64,000 nucleotides of DNA. It comes from Silvanigrellaceae bacterium (GTDB lineage: Bacteria; Bdellovibrionota_B; Oligoflexia; Silvanigrellales; Silvanigrellaceae). Shown in pieces: positions 1 through 8,373 of the stretch. Below the pieces are notes generated by a model. That model worked only from the letters and a program-made list of their open reading frames with translations. It searched no databases and was not told the DNA's origin. Each line of letters starts with the position of its first letter. Position 1 is the first letter of the stretch. The DNA lies in assembly GCA_044376695.1 (NCBI GenBank), contig JBILKM010000007.1, forward strand, positions 10,752-74,751, read 5' to 3'. The translations under genes were made by a program, and so were the position numbers.

Positions 1-1307
1 ACTTATTGTTGAAAAGAGTGATGTTCACTCTGATGGCTTTGTTGGTTTTTCGTTTGGGTGTGCACATCCCGACTCCCGGGGTGAACGCTAAAGCGCTTGT
101 GGAACTCGCCAGCCAGAACTCGGGCGGCCTTCTGAAAATGTTGAATATGTTTTCAGGGGGAGCTCTCAACCAGTTTTCTATTTTCGCGTTGGGCATCATG
201 CCCTACATCTCGGCAAGCATTATCATCCAGTTGATGACTGTGGTGGTACCTTCGCTTGAACAGCTGCAAAAAGAAGGCGGAGTGGGGCGGCAAAAAATCA
301 ACCGCATCACACGCACTTTGGCTGTTGTCATCGCGGTGTTGCAGGGTTACCTGGCTGCGACTGCACTCGAGAGTGCTCCTGAGACTGCAGCAGGCGCCGC
401 TGTTCTCGACCCTGGAATGTCGTTCAGAATCCTGGCCTCGTTGCTACTCACGAGTGGTACGTGTTTTGTGATGTGGCTCGGTGAGCAAATCACTGAGAAA
501 GGTATCGGCAACGGTACATCACTCATTATCTTTGCCGGAATCGTTGCCTACTTTCCGAGTGGCTTGGGTACAGTCGTTGTAGCGCTTCGTGAGAACACTA
601 TGACGGTAGTCACTGCGCTTGGGTTGCTGGTCTTCCTTGTGGCAACAGTCTTTGGCATTTCGTTTATTGAACAAAGCTACCGAAAAATCGCTGTACATTA
701 TGCGAAGCGGTTGGTGGGCAACAGAGTTATGTCGGGACAATCGACACATTTGCCTCTCAAGGTGAACATGTCGGGTGTGATTCCGGCAATTTTTGGAAGC
801 ACGATTCTTGCTGTGCCCCTCTCATTTGGCGGATTCTTTGGTCGTTCTGAGAGTCCGTGGTTGGCTGCACTCTATCCCAATCAGTGGCTTCACAATGTAC
901 TCTTCGCGTTCCTAGTTTTGTTCTTCTGCTATTTTTATACGTCGATCACTTTTAAGCCTGATGACATTGCTGAAAATCTGAAGAAGCAGAACGCGTATAT
1001 TCCAGGGATTCGACCTGGAACTGAGACGGCTGAAGCGCTGGATATGGTTGTAACGCGATTGACTCTCGCTGGTGCTCTCTACATGAACCTGGTTTGTCTG
1101 ATTCCACAGGTCGTCACCGGTGGCTTCTCTGAACAGCTTTTTGTGGGCGGAACGAGCCTGCTCATTGTGGTCGGCGTGGCCCTCGAGACCGTTCGTCAGG
1201 TGAGCGCTCAATTGGCGACACAGCGATACGATTCACTCTTGTTCTCGAGCAAGGACTCTTCGGTTGAGCCGAAGTTCGGTCCCACAACGGAACGGAGCCC
1301 AACGTGA
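1..1307 (+). CDS. secY: Preprotein translocase subunit SecY (5' end cut by window edge)
   Basis: Reading frame is open to the window start. Translation LKRVMFTLMALLVFRLGVHIPTPGVN..., multi-TM profile, and conserved C-terminal GGTSLLIVVGVALET. Sits ahead of adk/infA/rpmJ as in spc operons. Confidence 0.97.
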   Translation, partial: LLLKRVMFTLMALLVFRLGVHIPTPGVNAKALVELASQNSGGLLKMLNMFSGGALNQFSIFALGIMPYISASIIIQLMTVVVPSLEQLQKEGGVGRQKINRITRTLAVVIAVLQGYLAATALESAPETAAGAAVLDPGMSFRILASLLLTSGTCFVMWLGEQITEKGIGNGTSLIIFAGIVAYFPSGLGTVVVALRENTMTVVTALGLLVFLVATVFGISFIEQSYRKIAVHYAKRLVGNRVMSGQSTHLPLKVNMSGVIPAIFGSTILAVPLSFGGFFGRSESPWLAALYPNQWLHNVLFAFLVLFFCYFYTSITFKPDDIAENLKKQNAYIPGIRPGTETAEALDMVVTRLTLAGALYMNLVCLIPQVVTGGFSEQLFVGGTSLLIVVGVALETVRQVSAQLATQRYDSLLFSSKDSSVEPKFGPTTERSPT

Positions 1308-1969
1308 AGGTTTTCGTCTTGTTGGGTGCACCTGGGGCCGGGAAGGGTACTCAGGCAGCGTTGGTCGCTAATCGATTGGGTGCTGCGCACATCTCAACAG
1401 GGGCTTTGCTCCGAGAAGAAATCAAATCTGGCTCAGTATTGGGTCAGAAAGTAAAATCCATTGTGGAGTCGGGTTCGTTGGTTGACGACCAGACTCTCTT
1501 TGAGTGCTGCTATGGCACGTTGGTTCGGGCGAAAGAAGCTGGCAAGCAGATTCTTCTTCTCGACGGCGTACCGCGCAATTTAAGTCAAGTTCGAATTTTG
1601 GACGAAGTTCTTCATAAGTTGAACCTCAAAGTCGACGCGGCAATTGACTTTGAGGTCACTAAGGATGTTCTGGTCGCACGACTGAGCAACCGTTGGACTT
1701 GCCAAAAGTGTTCGGCAGTGGTCTCAGGGAATGCTGAGGGTTTAGCCCCCTCATCCTGTGCTTCCTGTGGTGCCACTCATTCTTATGCGCGCCGCAAAGA
1801 CGACGAGCCGGTGGCTGTCGCGAAGCGTTTGGGCGTGTATGAAGCGGAAACTGCTCCAGTTTCTGGAGATTACCTGAAACAGAATCTCTTGCATCGGATC
1901 GATGCCCAACGGGATCCTGAGCAGGTTTATCTGGACGTTGTTGCAGTCATAACGAAAAAACTGAAGTGA
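1304..1969 (+). CDS. adk: Adenylate kinase with 4-Cys zinc lid
   Basis: GTG start overlaps the secY stop (GTGA). P-loop GAPGAGKGTQA; lid CQKC...CASC; DGVPRN motif. Confidence 0.95.
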   Translation: MKVFVLLGAPGAGKGTQAALVANRLGAAHISTGALLREEIKSGSVLGQKVKSIVESGSLVDDQTLFECCYGTLVRAKEAGKQILLLDGVPRNLSQVRILDEVLHKLNLKVDAAIDFEVTKDVLVARLSNRWTCQKCSAVVSGNAEGLAPSSCASCGATHSYARRKDDEPVAVAKRLGVYEAETAPVSGDYLKQNLLHRIDAQRDPEQVYLDVVAVITKKLK

Positions 1970-2039
1970 AGTGTTGCCGGTTCGCTAATTTTGCGTTAGC
2001 GACTTGGCGCATCTGACTTCGGTCATTGGTGGGAAGTGT

Positions 2040-2258
2040 ATGGAACGTGATGATCGAATTGAGGTAGAAGGTACCGTCTCTGAGAAGCTTCCGAACAACA
2101 TGTTTCGCGTAGCGCTAGAGAATGGACACATTGTTCTGGCTCATGTGTCTGGAAAGATGAGGATGAACTTTATCAACATTCTTCCGGGTGACCGAGTGAA
2201 GGTTGAGCTCAGTCCATACGATCTCCAACGCGGTCGGATTGTTTTCCGCGCGAAGTAA
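2040..2258 (+). CDS. infA: Translation initiation factor IF-1
   Basis: 72 aa from ATG 2040: [62 protein letters not shown]. The tracked ORF start at 2004 is an upstream extension. Confidence 0.95.
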   Translation: MERDDRIEVEGTVSEKLPNNMFRVALENGHIVLAHVSGKMRMNFINILPGDRVKVELSPYDLQRGRIVFRAK

Positions 2259-2282
2259 GTTTTTTGGATTTGTGAGGTAGTT

Positions 2283-2396
2283 ATGAAGGTTCGTGCGAGC
2301 GTTAAGCCTATCTGCGACAAGTGCAAAGTCATTCGTCGGGAAGGTATTGTTCGGGTGATTTGCTCTATTAAGAAACATAAGCAACGCCAAGGTTAA
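2283..2396 (+). CDS. rpmJ: 50S ribosomal protein L36 (zinc-binding type)
   Basis: Not in the ORF track because it is under 60 aa. Hand translation gives [37 protein letters not shown] (37 aa) with CxxC...C...H ligands. Canonical position between infA and rpsM. Confidence 0.93.
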   Translation: MKVRASVKPICDKCKVIRREGIVRVICSIKKHKQRQG

Positions 2397-2414
2397 GGCT
2401 TTTGGGGGTATTCC

Positions 2415-2783
2415 GTGGCACGTATTGCCGGTGTAGATATTCCGCGTAACAAGCGGATTGAAGTGTCTCTGACTTATATTTATGGAATTGGTCGCAAGAC
2501 AGCGCAAAAGCTTCTTGACAGCCTTTCTATTAACCGTGACATCCGAGCTCAGGAGCTGACAGACGACCAAGTCAACCAGATCCGCAAGGCTATTGATGGA
2601 GCGCTTACGGTTGAAGGCGATTTGCGTCGCATGGTTCAAACAAACATTAAGCGTTTGATGGATCTGGGTTGCTATCGTGGTCTTCGCCATCGTCGCGGGC
2701 TTCCAGCTCGTGGACAGAGAACAAAGACTAACGCACGTACACGCAAGGGTCCGAAGAAGACTGTTGCGAACAAGAAGAAATAA
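2415..2783 (+). CDS. rpsM: 30S ribosomal protein S13
   Basis: GTG start; [30 protein letters not shown]...; basic C-terminal tail. Confidence 0.97.
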   Translation: MARIAGVDIPRNKRIEVSLTYIYGIGRKTAQKLLDSLSINRDIRAQELTDDQVNQIRKAIDGALTVEGDLRRMVQTNIKRLMDLGCYRGLRHRRGLPARGQRTKTNARTRKGPKKTVANKKK

Positions 2784-2806
2784 TTACCAGCTGAAGTGAG
2801 TAAAGA

Positions 2807-3196
2807 ATGAACAAGGCTGTTGTTACCAAAAAGAAGCGCGTCAAGCGCAATGTTCCCGTCGGAGTCGCGACGATTTCGGCAAGCTTCAACAATACAATCA
2901 TTACTTTTGCAGACGTAAACGGTGACGTTGTCACCTGGTCGAGCGCAGGTAGCAAGGGCTTCAAAGGCTCGCGCCGTAGCACTCCTTTCGCTGCGCAGAT
3001 GGCTGCTGAAGATGCAGCTCGCAAAGCTATGGAAAGCGGTATGCGTACTTGCTCCGTGGTTGTCACGGGCCCAGGCTCTGGTCGTGAGTCTGCGATTCGT
3101 GCGATTTCTGCAACAGGTATGAAGGTCACGCTCATCAAGGATGAAACACCCATTCCACACAATGGTTGCCGTCCTCCCAAGCGTCGTCGCGTCTAA
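2807..3196 (+). CDS. rpsK: 30S ribosomal protein S11
   Basis: [45 protein letters not shown]... is a typical S11 core. Confidence 0.97.
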   Translation: MNKAVVTKKKRVKRNVPVGVATISASFNNTIITFADVNGDVVTWSSAGSKGFKGSRRSTPFAAQMAAEDAARKAMESGMRTCSVVVTGPGSGRESAIRAISATGMKVTLIKDETPIPHNGCRPPKRRRV

Positions 3197-3215
3197 TTGA
3201 ATTGGAGATTAAACC

Positions 3216-3848
3216 GTGGCTCGTTATATTGGTCCAAGCTGTAGATTGTGTCGTCGGGAGGGCGTGAAGCTCTATCTCAAAGGCGATCGCTGCTATACAG
3301 ATAAGTGCGCTGTAGATAAGCGCAAGTCAGCTCCTGGTCAGCATGGTGCTCGTCGCGCCAAACTCTCTGACTACGGCAATCAGTTGCGTGAAAAGCAAAA
3401 GCTTCGTCGTATGTACGGAATTCTTGAAAAGCAGTTCCGTGGCATGTTCGAGAAAGCAGCCCAGAAGAAGGGCAAAACGGGCGAGCTCCTCCTGCAAGGT
3501 CTCGAACTCCGTTTGGACTCCGTTGTGTATCGCCTCGGCCTCGCGTCGAGCCGCAACGCTGCACGTCAGGTTGTGCGCCACAACCACATTCTCGTGAACG
3601 GTAAACGGTTGAATATTCCGTCTGCTGTTCTCAAAGTTGGCGACAAGGTGACTTTGGCCGAAGGAAGCCGTAACATGGCGCCCGTGTTGGCAGCTCTTGA
3701 AGCGACCAAGCGTGAAGGTCATGGTGCTCCGGCTTGGTTGAAGTGGGATCACTCCAGCTTCACTGGCGAAGTCCTGGCCAAGCCTGCTCGTGAGGACATC
3801 TCTGTCCCCGCACGCGAGCAGATGGTCGTCGAGCTTTACTCTAAGTAA
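3216..3848 (+). CDS. rpsD: 30S ribosomal protein S4
   Basis: GTG start; MARYIGPSCRLCRREGVKLYLKGDRCYTDKCA (zinc-ribbon-like N-terminus) followed by an S4 RNA-binding domain. Confidence 0.97.
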   Translation: MARYIGPSCRLCRREGVKLYLKGDRCYTDKCAVDKRKSAPGQHGARRAKLSDYGNQLREKQKLRRMYGILEKQFRGMFEKAAQKKGKTGELLLQGLELRLDSVVYRLGLASSRNAARQVVRHNHILVNGKRLNIPSAVLKVGDKVTLAEGSRNMAPVLAALEATKREGHGAPAWLKWDHSSFTGEVLAKPAREDISVPAREQMVVELYSK

Positions 3849-3896
3849 CACGTAGCGCACTGTATTGTGCGTTCGTTTGAAATTGGGACGGGGTAA

Positions 3897-4901
3897 TTGA
3901 TGCAGAGCAACTGGAAAGCGCTTGTAAAGCCACAGTTTATTGAAAAAGAAGATGTCACCCCTCTGTTTGGTCGTTTTATTGCGAAGCCGCTTGAGCGTGG
4001 CTTCGGAACGACTCTCGGCAACGCACTGCGACGCGTACTCTTGTCGTCGCTTCAGGGCGCAGCCGTTGTTGGGTTGAAAATTGAAGGTGTTGAGCACGAG
4101 TTCTCAACGGTTCCTGATGTTGCTGAAGATGTGACCGAAATCGTTCTGAACCTCAAAGCGCTTGGCGTCTGGCTCGATGGCGAAACTGAAAAGGTCGCGA
4201 CAATCGACGTCGTAGGTCCCAAGGTTGTCACGGGTTCGGATATTCAGGCTGATGGTTCTTTGCGGGTGCTCGATCCGGATCAGGTCATCTGTACCGTAGG
4301 TGCTGGTGGCCGTTTCAAAGCCGAGCTGCATGTTCGTACTGGCAAAGGCTACGTGACGAGTGAGCTCATCAAGGATGCGGGTTTGCCTGTTGGTGTGATT
4401 CCTCTCGATGCAGTTTTCTCTCCTGTCCGTCGGGTGAGCTTCTCTGTGACGGAAACACGCGTGGGACAACGCTCGGATTTCAATAAGTTGATGATCGAAG
4501 TGAGCACCAACGGTGCTGTTTCTCCTGAAGATGCACTGGCCTACTCGGCTAAGATTCTCAAGGATCAAATTTCGGTCTTCATCAACTTCCAGGAAGCTGA
4601 CGAAGAAGCTCCTGTGGCTGAAGCAGTCACTGTGGATGCTCGTGTGAATGAAAGTCTGTACAAGTCGGTCGACGAATTGGAACTTTCAGTGCGCGCAGCA
4701 AATTGTCTTGAAAATGCTGGAATTCGGTATATTGGTGAGCTTGTCATGCGGAGCGAATCCGAAATGCTCAAGACCAAGAACTTCGGCCGCAAGACTTTGA
4801 ATGAGATCAAAGACATTCTCGCAGAAATGGGTCTCCATCTTGGTATGAAGATCGAAGGATTTGATCCTGCCCGTCTGCGCGAGCGTGATTTTAAGGCTTA
4901 A
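3897..4901 (+). CDS. rpoA: DNA-directed RNA polymerase alpha subunit
   Basis: [34 protein letters not shown]; C-terminal domain with [23 protein letters not shown]. The start is either TTG 3897 or ATG 3900. Confidence 0.97.
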   Translation: MMQSNWKALVKPQFIEKEDVTPLFGRFIAKPLERGFGTTLGNALRRVLLSSLQGAAVVGLKIEGVEHEFSTVPDVAEDVTEIVLNLKALGVWLDGETEKVATIDVVGPKVVTGSDIQADGSLRVLDPDQVICTVGAGGRFKAELHVRTGKGYVTSELIKDAGLPVGVIPLDAVFSPVRRVSFSVTETRVGQRSDFNKLMIEVSTNGAVSPEDALAYSAKILKDQISVFINFQEADEEAPVAEAVTVDARVNESLYKSVDELELSVRAANCLENAGIRYIGELVMRSESEMLKTKNFGRKTLNEIKDILAEMGLHLGMKIEGFDPARLRERDFKA

Positions 4902-4918
4902 AAAGGTAGGAAAGTGCG

Positions 4919-5296
4919 ATGAGACATCGTTTTGGATACAGAAAGCTGAACCGCAATGCGACAGAGCGTAAGGCGCTGTTGCGTGGTCTTGCAACCCAGC
5001 TGCTTACGACTGGTCGGATCGAGACCACAGTTGAGCGTGCGAAGGAATTGCGTGGCGTTGTTGAACCGTTGATCACTCTTGCACGTAAGGATTCTGTTGC
5101 GAACCGTAGAATCGCTGCAGCACGTCTTTATGGCGCTGAAGTTGTGACACGCTTGTTCAAGGATGTTGCTCCTTCAACAGGAACGCGTCCGGGTGGATTC
5201 ACCCGCATTCTCAAACTCGGTTTCCGCCCTGGCGACCACGCTCGCCGCGCGTTGATTGAGCTTGTGGATGAAGTGAAAGCTCCTGAGGCGAAGTAA
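4919..5296 (+). CDS. rplQ: 50S ribosomal protein L17
   Basis: MRHRFGYRKLNRNATERKALLRGLATQLLTTGRIETTVERAKELR. Confidence 0.96.
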   Translation: MRHRFGYRKLNRNATERKALLRGLATQLLTTGRIETTVERAKELRGVVEPLITLARKDSVANRRIAAARLYGAEVVTRLFKDVAPSTGTRPGGFTRILKLGFRPGDHARRALIELVDEVKAPEAK

Positions 5297-5377
5297 TTTT
5301 CGCCCTGCTCGTGGCTGTCGCCATTTGAGCAATCGTTATTGGATTGGGAGACATCCTCTCCCAGAGTCCTTTGAACG

Positions 5378-5473
5378 AAAAAAGCCCGCCGAAAGGCGGC
5401 TTTTTTTTGTTCTAAAGCCTGCCGGAATGCGGTTTTTTTTGTTCTAAAGCCTGCCGACAGGCGGGTTTTTTTG
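5378..5473. terminator. Array of three tandem rho-independent terminator modules between convergent transcription units
   Basis: Module 1: A6, a GC stem (CGCC/GGCG core) with a GAAA loop, then T8 (5378-5408). Modules 2 and 3 (5409-5440, 5441-5472) are near-identical 32-nt units ending in T7-8. Module 3 folds as GCCTG/CAGGC. Confidence 0.6.
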
Positions 5474-5540
5474 TTTGAAAACCACCTGACGTGTTTGAAA
5501 ATGTAGCCCGCTTTTATCGGTAGAGTTGGATGTCAATTCC

Positions 5541-5551
5541 GGGGGGGGGGG
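5541..5551. repeat. G11 homopolymer tract (C11 on the minus strand)
   Basis: Eleven consecutive G counted at 5541-5551, beginning 5 nt beyond the minus-strand stop codon at 5556-5558. Confidence 0.9.
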
Positions 5552-5555
5552 TTCT

Positions 5556-6719
5556 TCATTGGAGAATTTTCTTCGCGGCAATGACCGTGACCTCTTTGCG
5601 GTTGTGAAATAAATGCCGTACCGCGAGGATTTTAGCTCCCTGTTTCTCGAAAGTGGAGCAGACATTCTGAATGGAGCTTCGCAATTCTTCGAGGTCCGCA
5701 ACCTTCAGTGTGTGGACGATGAGGCTGCCTGCTGAGAGTGAGGCGATGAGTTTGGCTACGATTTGAGCTGAATTGGTAGTTGGGCCATTCATGTCGCAGA
5801 GTATAGCGCTGAAATCATCAGCTGAGCCGATTTCGTTTGCATTCAATTTCCAGATGGTCACATTTGGATTCTTCTGCACATGTGGTGCGAGTTCGGCCAA
5901 ATCGACAGCTGTGACCTGCGCGCCCCAATGAACCAACTCTTCTGTCATTCCGCCAGGTGCGGCGCCGAGTTCAAGCCAATGGGGGTAATCTCTACTGGTG
6001 ATTTGTAGTTCGCTGAGAAGCAAGAGGATCTCGGAAATTTTCCCACCAGCTCGGCTTGTTCTTTGGGAAGTTGTGGCACCGGCATTGGTGAGAAACCCTA
6101 GTCCGCCTGCAAGGCCGCTCCCCAGTTCGAGCGCTCCACCGCAAAGTCCTGCGCAGATGCCCTTGTTATGTATCAGAACAACCATGACGCATTTTTTCCG
6201 GTTCGGCTCGGGTGTCGTTTCGTGTGCGAGAGGCGTTTGAAGTTTTGGATTCGCCTCTTCGTTTGAATAATGCTCTTTCTGCAATTGGAGCAGCCGGCCT
6301 TTGAGTCCTACGGCAATTCGCTTCAAATCTGGCGAGGTTGAGAGGATCTGAAGGTGTGTCCACTTGACTCCGAGTTTTTGCTGCAGTCCGAATGCTGCGC
6401 GTTCAACAAACTTTTCGGAGCGAGGATTTACAGGCCACTGGTGTTGCACTGGGCAACACCAGCGCGGAAAGACTGTTTCAAGCAGATTGCCGCTCGAAAC
6501 TGGTTCAGTGAAGGAGACTGAATAAAAATCGCCGCCCAACGATTGTGGAGATTTACTGGGACAGAGAGATGCAAGAAAATCCCTCTCCCAGAGGGATTTG
6601 GTTTCTGGACTGACCTGCACCATCCAACTTGCATGTTTTGCTGCCGAGGTTTGTTTGAAGGAATCGAGACGCTCGAGGAGTTGCTCCGGGCGTCGGTGGC
6701 CTTTCTCCTTTATCGGCAT
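5556..6719 (-). CDS. SAM-dependent RNA 2'-O-methyltransferase, RlmM/FtsJ-like
   Basis: SAM-binding motif LELGAAPGGMTEELVHWGAQVTAVD and a downstream ILCDM motif as in RlmM, with an N-terminal THUMP-like extension. ATG 6719 is preferred. TTG 6743 (the tracked start) would overlap the hutH stop. Confidence 0.6.
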   Translation of the reverse strand: MPIKEKGHRRPEQLLERLDSFKQTSAAKHASWMVQVSPETKSLWERDFLASLCPSKSPQSLGGDFYSVSFTEPVSSGNLLETVFPRWCCPVQHQWPVNPRSEKFVERAAFGLQQKLGVKWTHLQILSTSPDLKRIAVGLKGRLLQLQKEHYSNEEANPKLQTPLAHETTPEPNRKKCVMVVLIHNKGICAGLCGGALELGSGLAGGLGFLTNAGATTSQRTSRAGGKISEILLLLSELQITSRDYPHWLELGAAPGGMTEELVHWGAQVTAVDLAELAPHVQKNPNVTIWKLNANEIGSADDFSAILCDMNGPTTNSAQIVAKLIASLSAGSLIVHTLKVADLEELRSSIQNVCSTFEKQGAKILAVRHLFHNRKEVTVIAAKKILQ

Positions 6720-6739
6720 CGCTTTGGTGCCCTTGTTGT

Positions 6740-8305
6740 TCAAACCTCGAGTTCTCCTATTGCTGCTTCCACGTTGCGACGGAATTGACCAGAAAGAATC
6801 GACTCTGCCAGAGTTTCTATGTCTTCTGACAATGCCCGGTCTTTATCGAGTTTTGCTGAGCGTTCGCGCACAAAATCATAAGCCATACGAACCCCTAGTC
6901 CGCCCTGAAGGGGCTTGTGGAATTCGAGACCTTGCGCTGCTGCGAGCGATTCTATGGCCAAGACTCGGGCGGTGTTGTTGAGAATTCTTTGAAGCTTGAG
7001 GGCTGAGGTCATGCCCATGCTCACATGATCCTCCTGCTCTGCCGAGGTCGGAATGGTATCCACTGATGCGGGATGACAATGAACTTTGTTTTCACTGACT
7101 AAAGCAGCTGCAACCACATGAGGAATCATGAAGCCCGAGTTCAGGCCGGAATCTTTCATGAGGAATGGGGGCAAGCCGCTCATGTGTGGATTGACGAGTT
7201 TGTCCACCCTGCGTTCCGCAATGCTGGCCACTTCGGCTATTGCGATTGCAAGATAGTCGAGCACCATTGCGACGGGTTCACCATGGAAGTTGCCCCCGCT
7301 CAGGATTTCGTTGCTCTCAGCAAAAACGAGAGGGTTGTCGGTACTGGAGTTGGTCTCAATAAGGAGAGTATCGAGCACATGGCCGTATGCATTGCGTGCG
7401 GCTCCATGGACCTGTGGCGCACAGCGGAAGGAATATGGATCCTGTACTTTTTTACAACCGGCATGGCTGAGCCGGAGTCCATCGTCAGCAAGGACTTTGC
7501 GCATGTTTGCGGCCGCGCGTTGTTGTCCGGCGTGCGGGCGGACGTTTTGGATTTCTTCCCGAAATGCAGTTGCTGTCCCCATGGTGGCATCGAGTGACAT
7601 GGCGAGTGTGATATCGGCAGTGCAGAGTAAATGGGCTGCAGTGTCGAGAGCCAACATGCCAACGGCAGTCATCACTTGCGTGCCGTTGATGAGAGAGAGA
7701 CCTTCCTTTGCTTCAGGACTCAACGGTGCACGATTGAGTTGGGCGAGCACATCAGAAGTTTTTCTGATTTGGCCTTCCCATTCCACTTGCCCTTCGCCGA
7801 TCAGGGCCAGGGCCAAATGGGCAAGAGGGGCTAGGTCTCCGCACGCACCTACCGAGCCTTGGCTGGGAATGACAGGGTGTATTTTGTTGTTAAGAAAAAA
7901 CTCCATTTGCCTGAGGGTTTCTTCGCGCACGCCTGAGTTGCCGCGGAGCATGGTTTGAAGCCGAAGCACCATGATTGCTCTAACCACTTCAGCCTCAAGG
8001 CGTTGTCCTACGCCACACGCATGCGAACGAATAAGATTGACCTGCAGCTCTCGCAGCTGGTCGCCTGGAATCTTGACGTTGGCAAGTGCTCCGAAGCCTG
8101 TGTTTATGCCATAGAAGGTCTCACCGCTCTGAACACGGGACTCAACACATGCCCTTGCAGCGTGCACTTTTTGGAGTGCGTTGGGGGAGAGTTCGACCTG
8201 ACGGGAATGTCGGGCGATTTGCACTATTTGTGAGAGATCAAGCGAGCGCCCATCGAGAACAATTGCTCGAGCGTCAACCGATTCAGATTTGTCTTTTCCT
8301 GACAT
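6740..8305 (-). CDS. hutH: Histidine ammonia-lyase (MIO enzyme) with an Ala-Cys-Gly triad
   Basis: YGINTGFG, LIRSHACGVG (the SH pair typical of HAL), GSVGACGDLAPLAHL, NGTQ, QDPYSFRC, EQEDHVSMG. 521 aa. Confidence 0.9.
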   Translation of the reverse strand: MSGKDKSESVDARAIVLDGRSLDLSQIVQIARHSRQVELSPNALQKVHAARACVESRVQSGETFYGINTGFGALANVKIPGDQLRELQVNLIRSHACGVGQRLEAEVVRAIMVLRLQTMLRGNSGVREETLRQMEFFLNNKIHPVIPSQGSVGACGDLAPLAHLALALIGEGQVEWEGQIRKTSDVLAQLNRAPLSPEAKEGLSLINGTQVMTAVGMLALDTAAHLLCTADITLAMSLDATMGTATAFREEIQNVRPHAGQQRAAANMRKVLADDGLRLSHAGCKKVQDPYSFRCAPQVHGAARNAYGHVLDTLLIETNSSTDNPLVFAESNEILSGGNFHGEPVAMVLDYLAIAIAEVASIAERRVDKLVNPHMSGLPPFLMKDSGLNSGFMIPHVVAAALVSENKVHCHPASVDTIPTSAEQEDHVSMGMTSALKLQRILNNTARVLAIESLAAAQGLEFHKPLQGGLGVRMAYDFVRERSAKLDKDRALSEDIETLAESILSGQFRRNVEAAIGELEV

Positions 8306-8373
8306 GGCCTACCTCTTTGAAGTTTCTTCCTGCCATCGCTAGTATATTTCCAACAGCCTGCAGGGGAACGACA

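Noticed and set aside
2115-4097. Long antisense ORFs opposite the ribosomal protein genes (2115-2690, 2672-3160, 2728-3180, 3327-4097).
   Set aside because: These are shadow ORFs opposite strongly conserved genes, with no motifs and odd composition. The same applies to 10855-11502, 12419-13081, 27814-28359, 34608-35105, 42368-43036, 51669-52292 and 61759-62376.
5444-5701. An 85-aa minus-strand ORF reading through the poly-G tract (EEPPPPE...).
   Set aside because: It overlaps the terminator array and the 3' end of the methyltransferase gene in another frame. The run of Pro codons is simply C11, so this is not a gene.
8086-8373. The tracked 798-aa ORF starts at 8086, which would add 96 N-terminal residues overlapping the 5' end of hutH on the opposite strand.
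   Set aside because: The extension lies antisense to a well-supported gene and has non-protein-like composition. The first start after the divergent hutH ATG (8374, MVYRTRSKY...) immediately precedes the TM segments.
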